The position numbers and the translations under genes are program-made. 64,000 nucleotides of DNA from an uncultured Thermotogae bacterium (GTDB taxonomy: Bacteria; Bipolaricaulota; Bipolaricaulia; UBA7950; UBA9294). The notes under the pieces are model-generated. The model was not told the DNA's origin, made no database searches, and saw only the letters and a list, made by a program, of their open reading frames with translations. Shown here in pieces: positions 28,857-38,513 of the stretch; the stretch's first letter is position 1; the number at the start of each line of letters is the position of its first letter. The stretch is from NCBI GenBank assembly GCA_964552295.1, contig CAZKFV010000121.1:2227-66226 (forward strand), given 5' to 3'.

Positions 28857-30001
28857 TTCGCCACCTCCTCTATCGCCGCAAGAATATCCTCCGGCCGGTG
28901 GAGACCTCCTCCTGCGTGGGGAACCAGGCGTACGACAGTCTGTCCAGCGGCTGCCCGCTCCACTTCGTTCACTATTTGGCCAAGGTTCAATTCAGGCACA
29001 ACTAGTCCCTTTACATCTCCTGCGATAGCACGCACCTGCTCTAAAGGAAATGGCCACACTGTGATCAATCTCAGCATGCCCACTTTGATACCTTTTTCCT
29101 CCGCCAATTCAATTGCTCGTGCAGAGGTGCGGGCAGCTATTCCATAGGTAACCACTACTACATCCGCTCCCCGAATGTTCTCCTTCTCGACCTCTATAAT
29201 CTGGTCTTTGTTAAGCCGGATCTTGTTGAGCAGGCGATTCATCAGTTTAGCCTGGGCCTCTTCCGATAGGTCAGGGTATCCCTGCTCGTCGTGGGTCAAA
29301 CCCGTTACATGGATCCTGTATCCCTGTCCAGCATTGGCCATCTCCGGCACCAAATCTGCTGTTCCCTTGTAAGGGAGGAACTGCTCATAGGGAACGCTTG
29401 GCTTACGGCGCGGATAGACCTCGATTTTGTCCGGATCTATTATCACTCGCTCCATCATATGCCCTACTACCTCGTCGGCCATTACCAAAACAGGCTGGCG
29501 GAATCTCTCAGACTGGTTAAACGCCTTTACTGTATGATCAAACATCTCTTGGGGAGAAGCTGGAGCATAGGCAATGATCTCATGATCACCATGCGTTCCC
29601 CATCGCGCTTGCATCATATCTTGCTGAGAAGTTGCTGTAGGAAGACCGGTGCTGGGACCGCCACGCTGCACATCTACTACTACACAGGGAGTCTCCGTCA
29701 TTATTCCCAGGCCCAGATTCTCCATCATCAGGGAGAAACCTGGACCGGAGGTAGCTGTCATAGCTTTCATTCCTCCCCAGGCTCCTCCAAGAATAGCAGC
29801 GATGGATGCCAGCTCGTCCTCCATTTGAAGAAAAAACCCTCCTATCGTAGGCAGACGGAGCGCCATGCGCTCCATAATCTCCGATTGAGGAGTAATCGGG
29901 TAACCGGCGAACAAGCGACAACCAACAGCTATCGCTCCCTCGGCACAGGCAACATCTCCATTTAGGAAATGCTCTCCAGCAAGGATATCCTTGTCACTCA
30001 T
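28853..30001 (-). CDS. 2-oxoacid:ferredoxin oxidoreductase alpha subunit (KorA-like)
   Basis: The N-terminus ILAGEHFLNGDVACAEGAI is typical of Kor/Por alpha subunits. The start was moved to the ATG at 30001, which has an AGGTGA SD (the ORF track starts at 30046, inside korD). Confidence 0.85.
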   Translation of the reverse strand: MSDKDILAGEHFLNGDVACAEGAIAVGCRLFAGYPITPQSEIMERMALRLPTIGGFFLQMEDELASIAAILGGAWGGMKAMTATSGPGFSLMMENLGLGIMTETPCVVVDVQRGGPSTGLPTATSQQDMMQARWGTHGDHEIIAYAPASPQEMFDHTVKAFNQSERFRQPVLVMADEVVGHMMERVIIDPDKIEVYPRRKPSVPYEQFLPYKGTADLVPEMANAGQGYRIHVTGLTHDEQGYPDLSEEAQAKLMNRLLNKIRLNKDQIIEVEKENIRGADVVVVTYGIAARTSARAIELAEEKGIKVGMLRLITVWPFPLEQVRAIAGDVKGLVVPELNLGQIVNEVERAAAGQTVVRLVPHAGGGLHRPEDILAAIEEVAK

Positions 30002-30275
30002 GCCTCTCACCTTCTTGTATGTTGTCGCGTTCACTCCAAATCGCAAAATCAGGACAGAGAAGCTGACAGTAAGCGCAGTTTACGCATTTTTCTGGGTAGA
30101 GCATTTCGGGATAATGATAACCCTTCTCATTGAACTCCTCTGATTGTCCCAGTACTTGCATTGGACAGAAATTGATACACAACTCACATCCCTTGCACAA
30201 GTTATCAACAATTGTTATGGTACCTTTCGCCGTCTTCCATCGCTTGCCGGTATTCACCGCATTAGCTTCCTTCAT
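29994..30275 (-). CDS. 2-oxoacid:ferredoxin oxidoreductase delta subunit (2x[4Fe-4S] ferredoxin)
   Basis: The 93-aa product has CKGCELCINFCP and CVNCAYCQLLCP motifs and sits immediately upstream of korA. Confidence 0.72.
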   Translation of the reverse strand: MKEANAVNTGKRWKTAKGTITIVDNLCKGCELCINFCPMQVLGQSEEFNEKGYHYPEMLYPEKCVNCAYCQLLCPDFAIWSERDNIQEGERHE

Positions 30276-31933
30276 AGCAGATGCCCTAATGTGCGTTCAT
30301 GCACGCTCTTTGGCCGATAGTCAGGCAGGATCATCGGTGCTTTGCGATCGGTTTCAATTCCTTGTTTGACCAATGCCTTTTCGTAATCTATCACATGCTG
30401 AAGTGACAGTCGGCCTAATTTCTCTTTTTTGGCCCACTTTCCAGCAGAGATTCCTGCCCGCCGGCCAAATACGTTGTAATCAAGCTGAGAATTTCCCATT
30501 AACCGATTCTTCCCATGCACACCGCCTTCGCACTCTCCACCTGCAAAAAGGCCGGGAATTCTGGTGTGAGCATCCGCATCGATCTCTACTCCACCATTTT
30601 GATAGTGTAGCGTCGGATAAATTAGCGCCGGGTCAACGGTAATATCGATGTCGTGTCGATGCCACATGGTCCACATTGCCGCTAGGGCTTTTTTTATCGT
30701 ACCTTTACCGTGAAGCTGCTCAATCATCGGGGTGTCCAACCACACACCACGGACTCCACTTGGAGTTTCGATCCCCTTGTTCTTCACCCAGCATTCCTCG
30801 ATGATCGCTGCCGCTTCCACATCGCGTGGCTCCAAGGGAAACACAAATGCTTCCCCGTCTTTGTTCACCGGCATTGCACCTTGATTGCGCAATTTTTCGG
30901 TGGCCAATTGGCCCAAAATAGCTGCAGGGAAAGCCACACCAGTCGGATGGTACTGCACCGAGTCCATGTCAATGATATTTGCACCAGCCCGATAGGCGAT
31001 CACTAGCCCATCCGCGGTAGCGCCGTAATGATTGGTGGTGGGGAAGCCCTGAATATGAACACGCCCGAAGCCGCCTGTGGCCAGCACCGTTGCCTTAGAG
31101 CGAATTACCCGGTATTCCTCGGTCTCAATGTTGTACACAACTGCTCCAGCCGCGTGTCCGTGCTCATCAAGGATAATCTCTACTGCTGGGAAGAACTCCA
31201 AAACTGGGATATCCAGATTACGTGCCTCGTCTCTGATGGCATTGAATGTTTCTTTCCCTGTGTAGTCCTTGGCGGAATGCATGCGCATCCGAGATGTCCC
31301 TCCGCCGTGAGCCTCTACATACTCCCCATTAACCTTGTCATACATCACACCCATATCCTCGTGCCAGCGGATAATTTCTGGACCATCAGTGACTAAGGCC
31401 TTCACTAAGTCAGGCTTGTTAGCATAGTGTCCACCCCCCATTACGTCCAGATAATGTATTGCTGGTGAATCCTGTGGCCTGTCAGCTGCCTGGATTCCTC
31501 CTTGGGCCATAATCGAGTTACAGTCCCCATGGCGCAGTTTAGTAGCAATCAGTATTCTATCTACAGGAATGCCTTGCTCATGGGCGAATATTGCAGCTAC
31601 CGTTCCCGCCCCTCCACCACCGATGACTAGTACATCCACATCGTGGTCGATTTTCGAGAGATCGATCTCCCGCGGATGCAGTACTGAGCTTGACTCGAGG
31701 ATATCTGCAACTTCATGAGGTACATATTCACCAGCCGAGGGGCCTATGACCAGTTTACGCTTTCCTTCTTCCTTATAGTCCGGATGACTGCGCTTGAGGA
31801 CTTCTTCCCTTTCCTCTGCGCTCATCGGTGGAGGCGGCCCCTCTTTCAGTCGCTTGCTTCTGGTGGCTTCTACCTTTTCGATCGACTCCCGCATGTAAGC
31901 GGGGTACCCTCTAATAAATCCCTTCTTACTCAC
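30272..31933 (-). CDS. Fumarate reductase / succinate dehydrogenase flavoprotein subunit
   Basis: Has the FAD dinucleotide motif VLVIGGGGAGT and the catalytic region HYQNGGVEID...GLFAGGECEGGVHGKNRLMGNSQLD. About 95 aa at the N-terminus precede the FAD-binding motif. Confidence 0.88.
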   Translation of the reverse strand: MSKKGFIRGYPAYMRESIEKVEATRSKRLKEGPPPPMSAEEREEVLKRSHPDYKEEGKRKLVIGPSAGEYVPHEVADILESSSVLHPREIDLSKIDHDVDVLVIGGGGAGTVAAIFAHEQGIPVDRILIATKLRHGDCNSIMAQGGIQAADRPQDSPAIHYLDVMGGGHYANKPDLVKALVTDGPEIIRWHEDMGVMYDKVNGEYVEAHGGGTSRMRMHSAKDYTGKETFNAIRDEARNLDIPVLEFFPAVEIILDEHGHAAGAVVYNIETEEYRVIRSKATVLATGGFGRVHIQGFPTTNHYGATADGLVIAYRAGANIIDMDSVQYHPTGVAFPAAILGQLATEKLRNQGAMPVNKDGEAFVFPLEPRDVEAAAIIEECWVKNKGIETPSGVRGVWLDTPMIEQLHGKGTIKKALAAMWTMWHRHDIDITVDPALIYPTLHYQNGGVEIDADAHTRIPGLFAGGECEGGVHGKNRLMGNSQLDYNVFGRRAGISAGKWAKKEKLGRLSLQHVIDYEKALVKQGIETDRKAPMILPDYRPKSVHERTLGHLL

Positions 31934-32651
31934 TTATCTCACTCCCTACTACTGCTTCCTCTCTTAATCGACCAGCATACGCCTCCGCTAGCCCCTCATG
32001 ACTCATGCTGACCAGCTCATCCAGTTCAGCATCAAAAACGCCATCCTTGATTTCCTGTAGGCGTTTCTCCAGGTGTTGAGGCACCGGAGACATGTATCGC
32101 CCGTATATTCTCCGCGCCATCTGTGCCATATGATAGTGCTTGATATCCGCTGGACAGCGCATGCTACACAGACCACACTGGATGCAATCAAAAGATAGCT
32201 GCGCCGTCTTCTCAATATCACCACGCAATGCCGCTTGTATGTAATCCATTACCTCTATGTCTTGCGGACAAGCTTTTGTACAAGTATTACAAGAAACGCA
32301 GCGGGCAATCTCTGGATAGTACTGTAGGAGTACATTCTCTTTTGGGTTAATCTTCTCGATATCATACTTAACACGAGGGGCTGGGGTGAACGGTAGCTGT
32401 ACCAGGTACATACCCTCCACTGCCGTCTCCTGGCAAGCAAGGGTAAACTGTAGCCGGTAGTCTCCTTCCTGGCGATAAACAGTCGAACAGGCGCCACAGA
32501 ACCCAGACCGACAACCCGCGCCTCGGGTGAACCGATAGCCAGCGTACTCCATTGCATCCATTATAGTTAGGCCCGCAGGAACCTCGTAGGTCTTGCCCAT
32601 AATATGGATGTGGATCATTTCAGATTTCTGGTCTTTCTTCTTACTTTCCAT
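31926..32651 (-). CDS. Fumarate reductase / succinate dehydrogenase iron-sulfur subunit
   Basis: Has the 2Fe-2S motif CRSGFCGACS, plus CVSCNTCTKACP and CIQCGLCSMRCP for the 4Fe-4S/3Fe-4S clusters. Confidence 0.85.
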   Translation of the reverse strand: MESKKKDQKSEMIHIHIMGKTYEVPAGLTIMDAMEYAGYRFTRGAGCRSGFCGACSTVYRQEGDYRLQFTLACQETAVEGMYLVQLPFTPAPRVKYDIEKINPKENVLLQYYPEIARCVSCNTCTKACPQDIEVMDYIQAALRGDIEKTAQLSFDCIQCGLCSMRCPADIKHYHMAQMARRIYGRYMSPVPQHLEKRLQEIKDGVFDAELDELVSMSHEGLAEAYAGRLREEAVVGSEISE

Positions 32652-32652
32652 C

Positions 32653-33537
32653 TCATCCCTCCCCCTTAACCGTCTGAACGCGCTTTAGTTTAGCCTTGAG
32701 CGGGGCGGGAATTACTCCAGTCTCCACGTCCAACGCCAGCGCCATCAATTGGGTGAAATAGATAATCGGCATCTCTTCGTAGTCGGGAACTGTGCGAATA
32801 AGCTCTTTTTGTGTATCACTCAGGTTATAGTGGCAGAGAGGACAACTGGTGATCACTACATCTGCGCCAGCCTTTCTTGCACTGCTCAATATCCTATGCG
32901 TGCGTTCAATTACAACATCTCGATGATCAACAACCTGGTACGCCCCACAACACTCAACCGAATAAGCGTAATCTATAGGAGTTGCCCATAATGACGTTAT
33001 CAGGTCTTCAAGTACGGTTGGAGCATCCGAATCATCTATAGCTATCTCTTCAGGCCGCAAAAGCGTGCATCCGTAGAATGTGGCAACCGATAATCCTTCC
33101 AAGGAATTAGTCATCCTCTCTTCGATCCGTTCCCAGCCTATGCGGTCACGTAGAATCTCAAGTAGGTGATACACATTAACTTGACCCTTGTAGTCAACCT
33201 CTCTGTTCATAAATGCGTTCAGCTTATCCAATCGCTCTTGATTGCCGTTGACAAATAAGCTTGCTCGCTTCAGGGTGGCATAACACATGGAACACAGGGT
33301 AATTATCTCGTTCGAGCCCGCCTCTTGAGCACGTATCATATCTCTCACTGGAGCAACTTGATGCATCAAGTCGTCTTCAGTGAGTGAGAACACTGTTCCA
33401 CAACAGTTCCAGCGATCGAGCTCTTTCAATTCGTAACCTAGCGCCTCCATCACCGCCATACCCGATATCTCAAAATCGCGGGCAGTATCCTTCAATGTAC
33501 AGCCTGGAAAATAGGTCAATTTCTCCAATTCTTTCAC
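32653..33537 (-). CDS. Heterodisulfide reductase subunit B-like (two CCG domains)
   Basis: Carries two Cys-rich CCG domains (NCCGTVFSL and ECCGAYQV) plus the C-terminal CPLCHYN motif. Confidence 0.8.
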   Translation of the reverse strand: MKELEKLTYFPGCTLKDTARDFEISGMAVMEALGYELKELDRWNCCGTVFSLTEDDLMHQVAPVRDMIRAQEAGSNEIITLCSMCYATLKRASLFVNGNQERLDKLNAFMNREVDYKGQVNVYHLLEILRDRIGWERIEERMTNSLEGLSVATFYGCTLLRPEEIAIDDSDAPTVLEDLITSLWATPIDYAYSVECCGAYQVVDHRDVVIERTHRILSSARKAGADVVITSCPLCHYNLSDTQKELIRTVPDYEEMPIIYFTQLMALALDVETGVIPAPLKAKLKRVQTVKGEG

Positions 33538-33965
33538 CCGGTCTTCTTTCTAAACGCAGCGACAACCGCGATTTGCGGTAGGCGCCGAATCTCTTTGTGG
33601 CTGAGGCCATCTAGCGATACGTGGTCAAGTCTTTTGCGCAAATAGATCTGCCGCATCGCTTCCATTACCTTAGCTAAATCAACTTCCTTCGGGCAGCGCA
33701 CTTGGCATGTATAGCAGCTTGCGCAGATCCACATCGAGTTTGCTGTCATCGCCCTCGGGTCCTTTACTTGTAATGCGTGAAGTATCTGATTTGGCATCAG
33801 ATCCATTTGCTCAGCCATTGGGCAACCAGCAGAGCACATTCCGCATTGGTAGCAGTCAAATATGTTCTGGCCCGAAAGCTCCTCAATTTTTTCCACTATC
33901 TCATCCATTGGAAGTTCAAGAAGCGCCAATTCCTCCTCGGCCGTGGGCTGCTTGGTCTTGGTCAT
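33534..33965 (-). CDS. Heterodisulfide reductase subunit C-like (2x[4Fe-4S])
   Basis: Has the motifs CYQCGMCSAGCP and CASCYTCQVRCP. Confidence 0.8.
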   Translation of the reverse strand: MTKTKQPTAEEELALLELPMDEIVEKIEELSGQNIFDCYQCGMCSAGCPMAEQMDLMPNQILHALQVKDPRAMTANSMWICASCYTCQVRCPKEVDLAKVMEAMRQIYLRKRLDHVSLDGLSHKEIRRLPQIAVVAAFRKKTG

Positions 33966-35263
33966 GGTACCCTCCAGTGCTCAATCATCTTTCCCTCTTT
34001 ATCTCTCATAGTAATCAGGAGTGAGAACTCAGCCTTGGGCTCAAAAGCTGGCTGGTAAGCGCTAATAACGTTCGCTATTCGCTCGGCCGTCGCCTCAGTG
34101 ACCTCATGCCCGCTACTGTTCACAACAGCAGAAATAGCGGCTTTTACCTCCGATGCGAGGAGCTCCCCCGTAGGAGCAATTTGCGCTTGGGCAACCATCC
34201 CCTGCTTATCCAGAACGTAACGATGGATCGCCGTACCGCAAGCTCCTTCTATCGCTGCTATGCCTTCGCCTGGTTCGTTCAAGGAGCAATGGATATCAGA
34301 ATTGCCGGTCTCTAGTTGCTCTAACTCTTGGGATAAGAGCTCTGCTGCCTGCACCAGCTCTATCACCGTTGCCCAGTGCCCGACAGCAGCCAAGTGAACC
34401 GGCGGTTGGCCAACCACTTCAAACAACTTCTCCTGTGAACGCCTTGCCTCCGGCGTTGACGCCTGGCAACCAACGTTTATACGGGCCAGAGGCCCGACAC
34501 GAAGTGGCAGCTTCTCTTTCCAGGCTGCAACCTTCGCTAAGATCTTCTTTGCATCGCCCTTAGCAAATTCAGTCCCTTTGGGATCAACAATTCGCAGCGT
34601 ACCCTGGTAGAAACTGCAAGCCCCTGAATCATCTACTGTCGCTAGAGAATAGGCTTGTGTAAGCACTCCTTGCTCTTTTACCCATGCCGCATAACAAGTA
34701 CGAAACTCTTCCTCTATTCGCAAGGAAAAATCTAGCAGGTTTGCAGCAATATCCTTGGCACGTGCTAGCTCTTTATCGGTTATTCCTCTAGTCAGCCCAC
34801 CTGGAACTAGCCGTTCTGGTGTAATCCCACGGCCTCCCAGTATCCCGATAGCTTCGCCAGCGCCACTAAGAGCGCCAAACACATCGCCTGCCTCCGCTTC
34901 ATCAGTCATTACCAAGCTCGAGATGCCATCACTTCCACTCGGGCGACTGAAGAAAAGCTGCTGCAAGTGAGCAAAAAATACTCCAAGGTAAGCAAGTGCG
35001 TGTCGAATCCTCAAAGCTTTCTGGGGTAGTATCACCTGGTAACACCTATCAAGGGCGCTCACAGCAGCTAGGTGATTAGCCATCCCACAATGAGCATCAA
35101 TTCGCTGAGCGTACAAGGGGATGTCTTCTGCTAGCCTGCCACGCATGTACAAGGCGAAACCATCGCGTGCTTTCTGAATTGGGACGCTGGCGGAAATCGG
35201 ATCGCCCTTTACTAACTCCACCAGATCGAAGTGACTCACCGGCATGATTCTCTTACTCTCCAT
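33962..35263 (-). CDS. [NiFe]-hydrogenase large-subunit-like protein (MvhA-like) that appears to lack the Ni-Fe ligand cysteines
   Basis: A 433-aa protein in the MvhA position. Its N-terminal motif RIDAHCGMANH replaces RxCGxCxxxH, and the C-terminus (SAYQPAFEP...HWRVP) has no DPCxxC motif. Confidence 0.55.
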   Translation of the reverse strand: MESKRIMPVSHFDLVELVKGDPISASVPIQKARDGFALYMRGRLAEDIPLYAQRIDAHCGMANHLAAVSALDRCYQVILPQKALRIRHALAYLGVFFAHLQQLFFSRPSGSDGISSLVMTDEAEAGDVFGALSGAGEAIGILGGRGITPERLVPGGLTRGITDKELARAKDIAANLLDFSLRIEEEFRTCYAAWVKEQGVLTQAYSLATVDDSGACSFYQGTLRIVDPKGTEFAKGDAKKILAKVAAWKEKLPLRVGPLARINVGCQASTPEARRSQEKLFEVVGQPPVHLAAVGHWATVIELVQAAELLSQELEQLETGNSDIHCSLNEPGEGIAAIEGACGTAIHRYVLDKQGMVAQAQIAPTGELLASEVKAAISAVVNSSGHEVTEATAERIANVISAYQPAFEPKAEFSLLITMRDKEGKMIEHWRVP

Positions 35264-36143
35264 CGTTAACCCTCCCTTTCAAAACAGAGGAAGCAGCCGA
35301 ATACTTGTACGCTGTACCGACGATATCGAGCACGGAATCCAGCACCTTACGTCCCTTTGCCTCTTTACCTTCCCCCGAGAAGGAAACTAAGGAGGCAAGA
35401 GCATGCAGGATTGCTGCTCCCTGATCTCGCACTCCGGCAACTGATCCTGAGCAGCCGGTACACGGACGGTTGGACTTTAGGCATACAGCGCCACATCCAC
35501 CTCTGGTGACAGGGCCGAGGCAGATATACCCCTGATCTATAAGACAAATCTCTGGATCGGGTGGAGAAGCATGGTATCGCTTGATCTCGGTAAGAGGGTT
35601 ATGAATATGTCGACGGTCGCACTCCGCGCATACCGCCTTTTCATTGGCAAAAACAGTCCCTTGGTCTGGTGCTTGGTCTGAAAGCAAAAGCTCTTCGATC
35701 ATCCTTTCAATCATTGTCTGCGGTGGTGGACAGCCAGCAATGATGTAATCAACGTCGATAACCGCAGGCAGCGGCTGGACAAATTCTCCATTAGCTTCTG
35801 CGCGCCCCCTCAATTGTGCCCCAGGGGCTACGTTCGCTAGTCCACAAAGCCCTCCAAGATGAGCACATGCCCCATAAGCTACAACTCGTCTTGCCTTACA
35901 GCGCAGAAGCTTGGCCACAGCTACAGCCTCTTGTCCGTGGACAGGGCCAACGTACATAAGAATGTCGATGTCTCGATCACCGTATTTGTCTATATCATCC
36001 ACAGTAAGATCGCCCTCTTCAGTGGCCCAGAAGAGGAGCTCTGCTGAGTTGAGCATCTTTTTCAGGCTCGGGCTTAGCAAAAGCGACTGACTGCACCCGC
36101 CACATCCACTTGCAGCGTAGATTGCCAAGTTCTTTTTAGGCAT
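35253..36143 (-). CDS. [NiFe]-hydrogenase small-subunit-like Fe-S protein (MvhG-like)
   Basis: Has the Cys clusters GCGGCSQS, GACAHLGGLC, CAECDRRH and CLGPVTRGGCGAVCLKSNRPCTGCSG, and sits between mvhD and the mvhA-like gene. Confidence 0.65.
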   Translation of the reverse strand: MPKKNLAIYAASGCGGCSQSLLLSPSLKKMLNSAELLFWATEEGDLTVDDIDKYGDRDIDILMYVGPVHGQEAVAVAKLLRCKARRVVAYGACAHLGGLCGLANVAPGAQLRGRAEANGEFVQPLPAVIDVDYIIAGCPPPQTMIERMIEELLLSDQAPDQGTVFANEKAVCAECDRRHIHNPLTEIKRYHASPPDPEICLIDQGYICLGPVTRGGCGAVCLKSNRPCTGCSGSVAGVRDQGAAILHALASLVSFSGEGKEAKGRKVLDSVLDIVGTAYKYSAASSVLKGRVNDGE

Positions 36144-36561
36144 TTGACATCACCGGACTCGGCCCTAATGCACGGATATCTTCGGTAAAAGTCTCTACAG
36201 CCCGCTGGAAGATCAGGCCTTGCGCCCCTGCGATCCCCACCTCGCGGATTCTCTCAGGGTTAAACCCGAACTCCTTAAGGGCTCTTTTCATCAGGTAAAT
36301 TCGGTTTGACTCTTTGAGGTTTCCGCCCTCATAGCGACAATGGCCCGGACGGCACCCACCAATTAGAATCCCGTCCGCTCCCTTTTCAAAAGCTGATAGA
36401 ATCATGTCCGAACTTACTTCACCCGTACAATTGACCCGGATGATCGAGACATTGGATGCGTAAGGCATTCGACTGACGCCGCAAAGATCAGCAGCAGCAT
36501 AGGTTGTCCACTTACATAAGAAAGCGATTATCTTTGGCTGAAATTCAGTATTCTGACTCAT
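36136..36561 (-). CDS. Methyl-viologen-reducing hydrogenase delta subunit (MvhD/FlpD family)
   Basis: The N-terminus KIIAFLCKWTTYAAADLCG...VSIIRVNCTGEVS matches the MvhD signature (KIVAFxCNWCSYAGADLAG...IRVMCSG) with some substituted Cys. Confidence 0.75.
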   Translation of the reverse strand: MSQNTEFQPKIIAFLCKWTTYAAADLCGVSRMPYASNVSIIRVNCTGEVSSDMILSAFEKGADGILIGGCRPGHCRYEGGNLKESNRIYLMKRALKEFGFNPERIREVGIAGAQGLIFQRAVETFTEDIRALGPSPVMSNA

Positions 36562-38513
36562 ATTCCACTTCCCAGAGCGGCTGCGATCATGCTCTCTATC
36601 TGCTCTTGCCGCTCATTCCTAACCTCGATCGCTCCCGCTGGACATGACGCGGCACAGATACCGCATCCTGAGCAGAGGATTTCATTTACTACCGCAATGC
36701 CGGACCGCTCAACCTTAACCGCGTCGTAAGGGCAAACGAACTCACATATTCCACACCCCGAGCAGAGAGCTTCTTTGACTGAGGCTACCTCGGGAGAGTG
36801 GCTAAGTTTATCAGCTGCCAGGATAGCAATGGCTTTCGATGCTGCCGCACTTCCTTGAGCGACCGAATCAGGAATATCCTTTGGCCCTTGTACGGTTCCC
36901 GCGATGAATACCCCAGCTGTGGTTGTATCTACCGGCCGCAGCTTCGGATGGGCTTCCTTGAGAAAACCATTCTCATCCACGTTGATATGGAACGTCTTGG
37001 CTAACTCGGATGTTCCCTCGCTAGGAACTATCGCCATTGCCAACACAACTAAGTCCACATCCAGCTCAACCTGTCTACCGCTTAAGGTATCCGCCCCCCA
37101 GACAGTAAGGTGATCTCGTTCATTCACTATCTTGGCAACCTTTCCCCGAATGTAGCTAATACGTTGTCCAGAGATAATACCTTGAGCGAATTCCTCGTAG
37201 CCCTTCCCGTCCGTGCGAACATCTATGTAAAAGACACTTGCCTGGCCATCAGGCACGGCCTTTTTGAAGAGTAGCGCGTGCTTTACAGTGTAAGTACAGC
37301 AAATTCTTGAGCAATAAGGCTTGTGCCTTCCTGGATCACGCGATCCCGCGCAGTGGACAAACGCGATTCTCTTTACCGGTCGTCCGTCGGACGGCCTTTT
37401 CAACTGCCCCTTCATTGGCCCAGATGGATGCACCATTCGCTCAAACTGAAGAGAGGTGACAACATCCGCGTACTTCCCTCCGCCATACTCAGTGAGGTGG
37501 CTTGGATCGTACAGGTCGTAGCCCGTGGCAACAATTATAGCAGCTACCTTTTCCGTAATGATCTCAGGCGCCATATCATAGTCAATAGCCCCTACGTCGC
37601 ATACTTCCTGACACAATCCACAACGAATAGGTTTTACTCCCAGGCACACGTCTTCATCCAGCACATATGAAGAAGGAATGGCCTGCTCAAAAGGCAAATA
37701 AATAGCCTTACGTTCAGACAAAGCCTCGTTGAACTCCTCTTTAGTGCTAACCGGACATACTTCTGCGCACTTATTACACAAATTGCACTTGTCTGCATCA
37801 ACATAGGTTGGTCTCTTACGAATTGTCACCTCGTAGTTTCCAGTGTAGCCAGCAACCTTAATCACCTCGCTATAGGTAAGAAGCCTAATGTTAGGATGTC
37901 GAGAAGCTTCAACCATACGAGGGGTGAGTATGCATTGGGCGCAGTCAAGGGTCGGAAAGGTAACAGACAGCTGCGCCATATGCCCCCCGATGCTCGGATC
38001 CTTTTCCACTAGAATAACTTGGTGCCCGCTGTTAGCTACGTCTATGGCTGCTTGAATCCCGGCGATCCCTCCACCCACCACAAGGCACTTCGTTTCATGA
38101 TCTACAGCGATGGGAAAGAGGTCAATGTCACCGCGCACTTTTTCCACCGCAGCACGCGTTATACGGATTGCTTTCTCGGTTGCTATCTCCCGATCCGAGT
38201 GCACCCAGCTCACCTGCTCACGGATATTGGCTACCTCAAGGCGGTAACGGTTTAGTCCAGCTTCTTCAGCCGCGTTTCGGAAAGTCTCTTGGTGCATTGA
38301 TGGAGTGCATGAAGCAACCACAACTCCATCCAACTTGTGCTCTACGATCGCGGTGCGGATCTTCTCTTGTCCGATCTCAGAGCACATGTAATCGTAATCT
38401 TCAGAATGTACAACCCCGGGATACTCGCCTACTGCTTCTGCTACCCGGCGTGTATCCACCGTCTCCTCGATATTCATCCCGCAATGACACACAAAAACAC
38501 CTATTCGGCTCAT
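36558..38513 (-). CDS. Heterodisulfide reductase subunit A (FAD and Fe-S, bifurcating flavoprotein family)
   Basis: Has the HdrA N-terminal 4Fe-4S motif VFVCHCGMNI, the FAD motif LVVGGGIAGIQAA and inserted and C-terminal ferredoxin domains (CNLCNKCAEVCP, CGLCQEVC, CSGCGICEFVCP, CSGCGICAASCP). Confidence 0.88.
   Translation of the reverse strand: MSRIGVFVCHCGMNIEETVDTRRVAEAVGEYPGVVHSEDYDYMCSEIGQEKIRTAIVEHKLDGVVVASCTPSMHQETFRNAAEEAGLNRYRLEVANIREQVSWVHSDREIATEKAIRITRAAVEKVRGDIDLFPIAVDHETKCLVVGGGIAGIQAAIDVANSGHQVILVEKDPSIGGHMAQLSVTFPTLDCAQCILTPRMVEASRHPNIRLLTYSEVIKVAGYTGNYEVTIRKRPTYVDADKCNLCNKCAEVCPVSTKEEFNEALSERKAIYLPFEQAIPSSYVLDEDVCLGVKPIRCGLCQEVCDVGAIDYDMAPEIITEKVAAIIVATGYDLYDPSHLTEYGGGKYADVVTSLQFERMVHPSGPMKGQLKRPSDGRPVKRIAFVHCAGSRDPGRHKPYCSRICCTYTVKHALLFKKAVPDGQASVFYIDVRTDGKGYEEFAQGIISGQRISYIRGKVAKIVNERDHLTVWGADTLSGRQVELDVDLVVLAMAIVPSEGTSELAKTFHINVDENGFLKEAHPKLRPVDTTTAGVFIAGTVQGPKDIPDSVAQGSAAASKAIAILAADKLSHSPEVASVKEALCSGCGICEFVCPYDAVKVERSGIAVVNEILCSGCGICAASCPAGAIEVRNERQEQIESMIAAALGSGI

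Noticed and set aside
36558-38513. A possible selenocysteine (in-frame TGA) in HdrA or MvhD, as seen in some Hdr/Mvh systems.
   Set aside because: Both ORFs are uninterrupted by stop codons in the ORF track. Cys occupies the relevant positions, and no SECIS-like hairpin was sought further.
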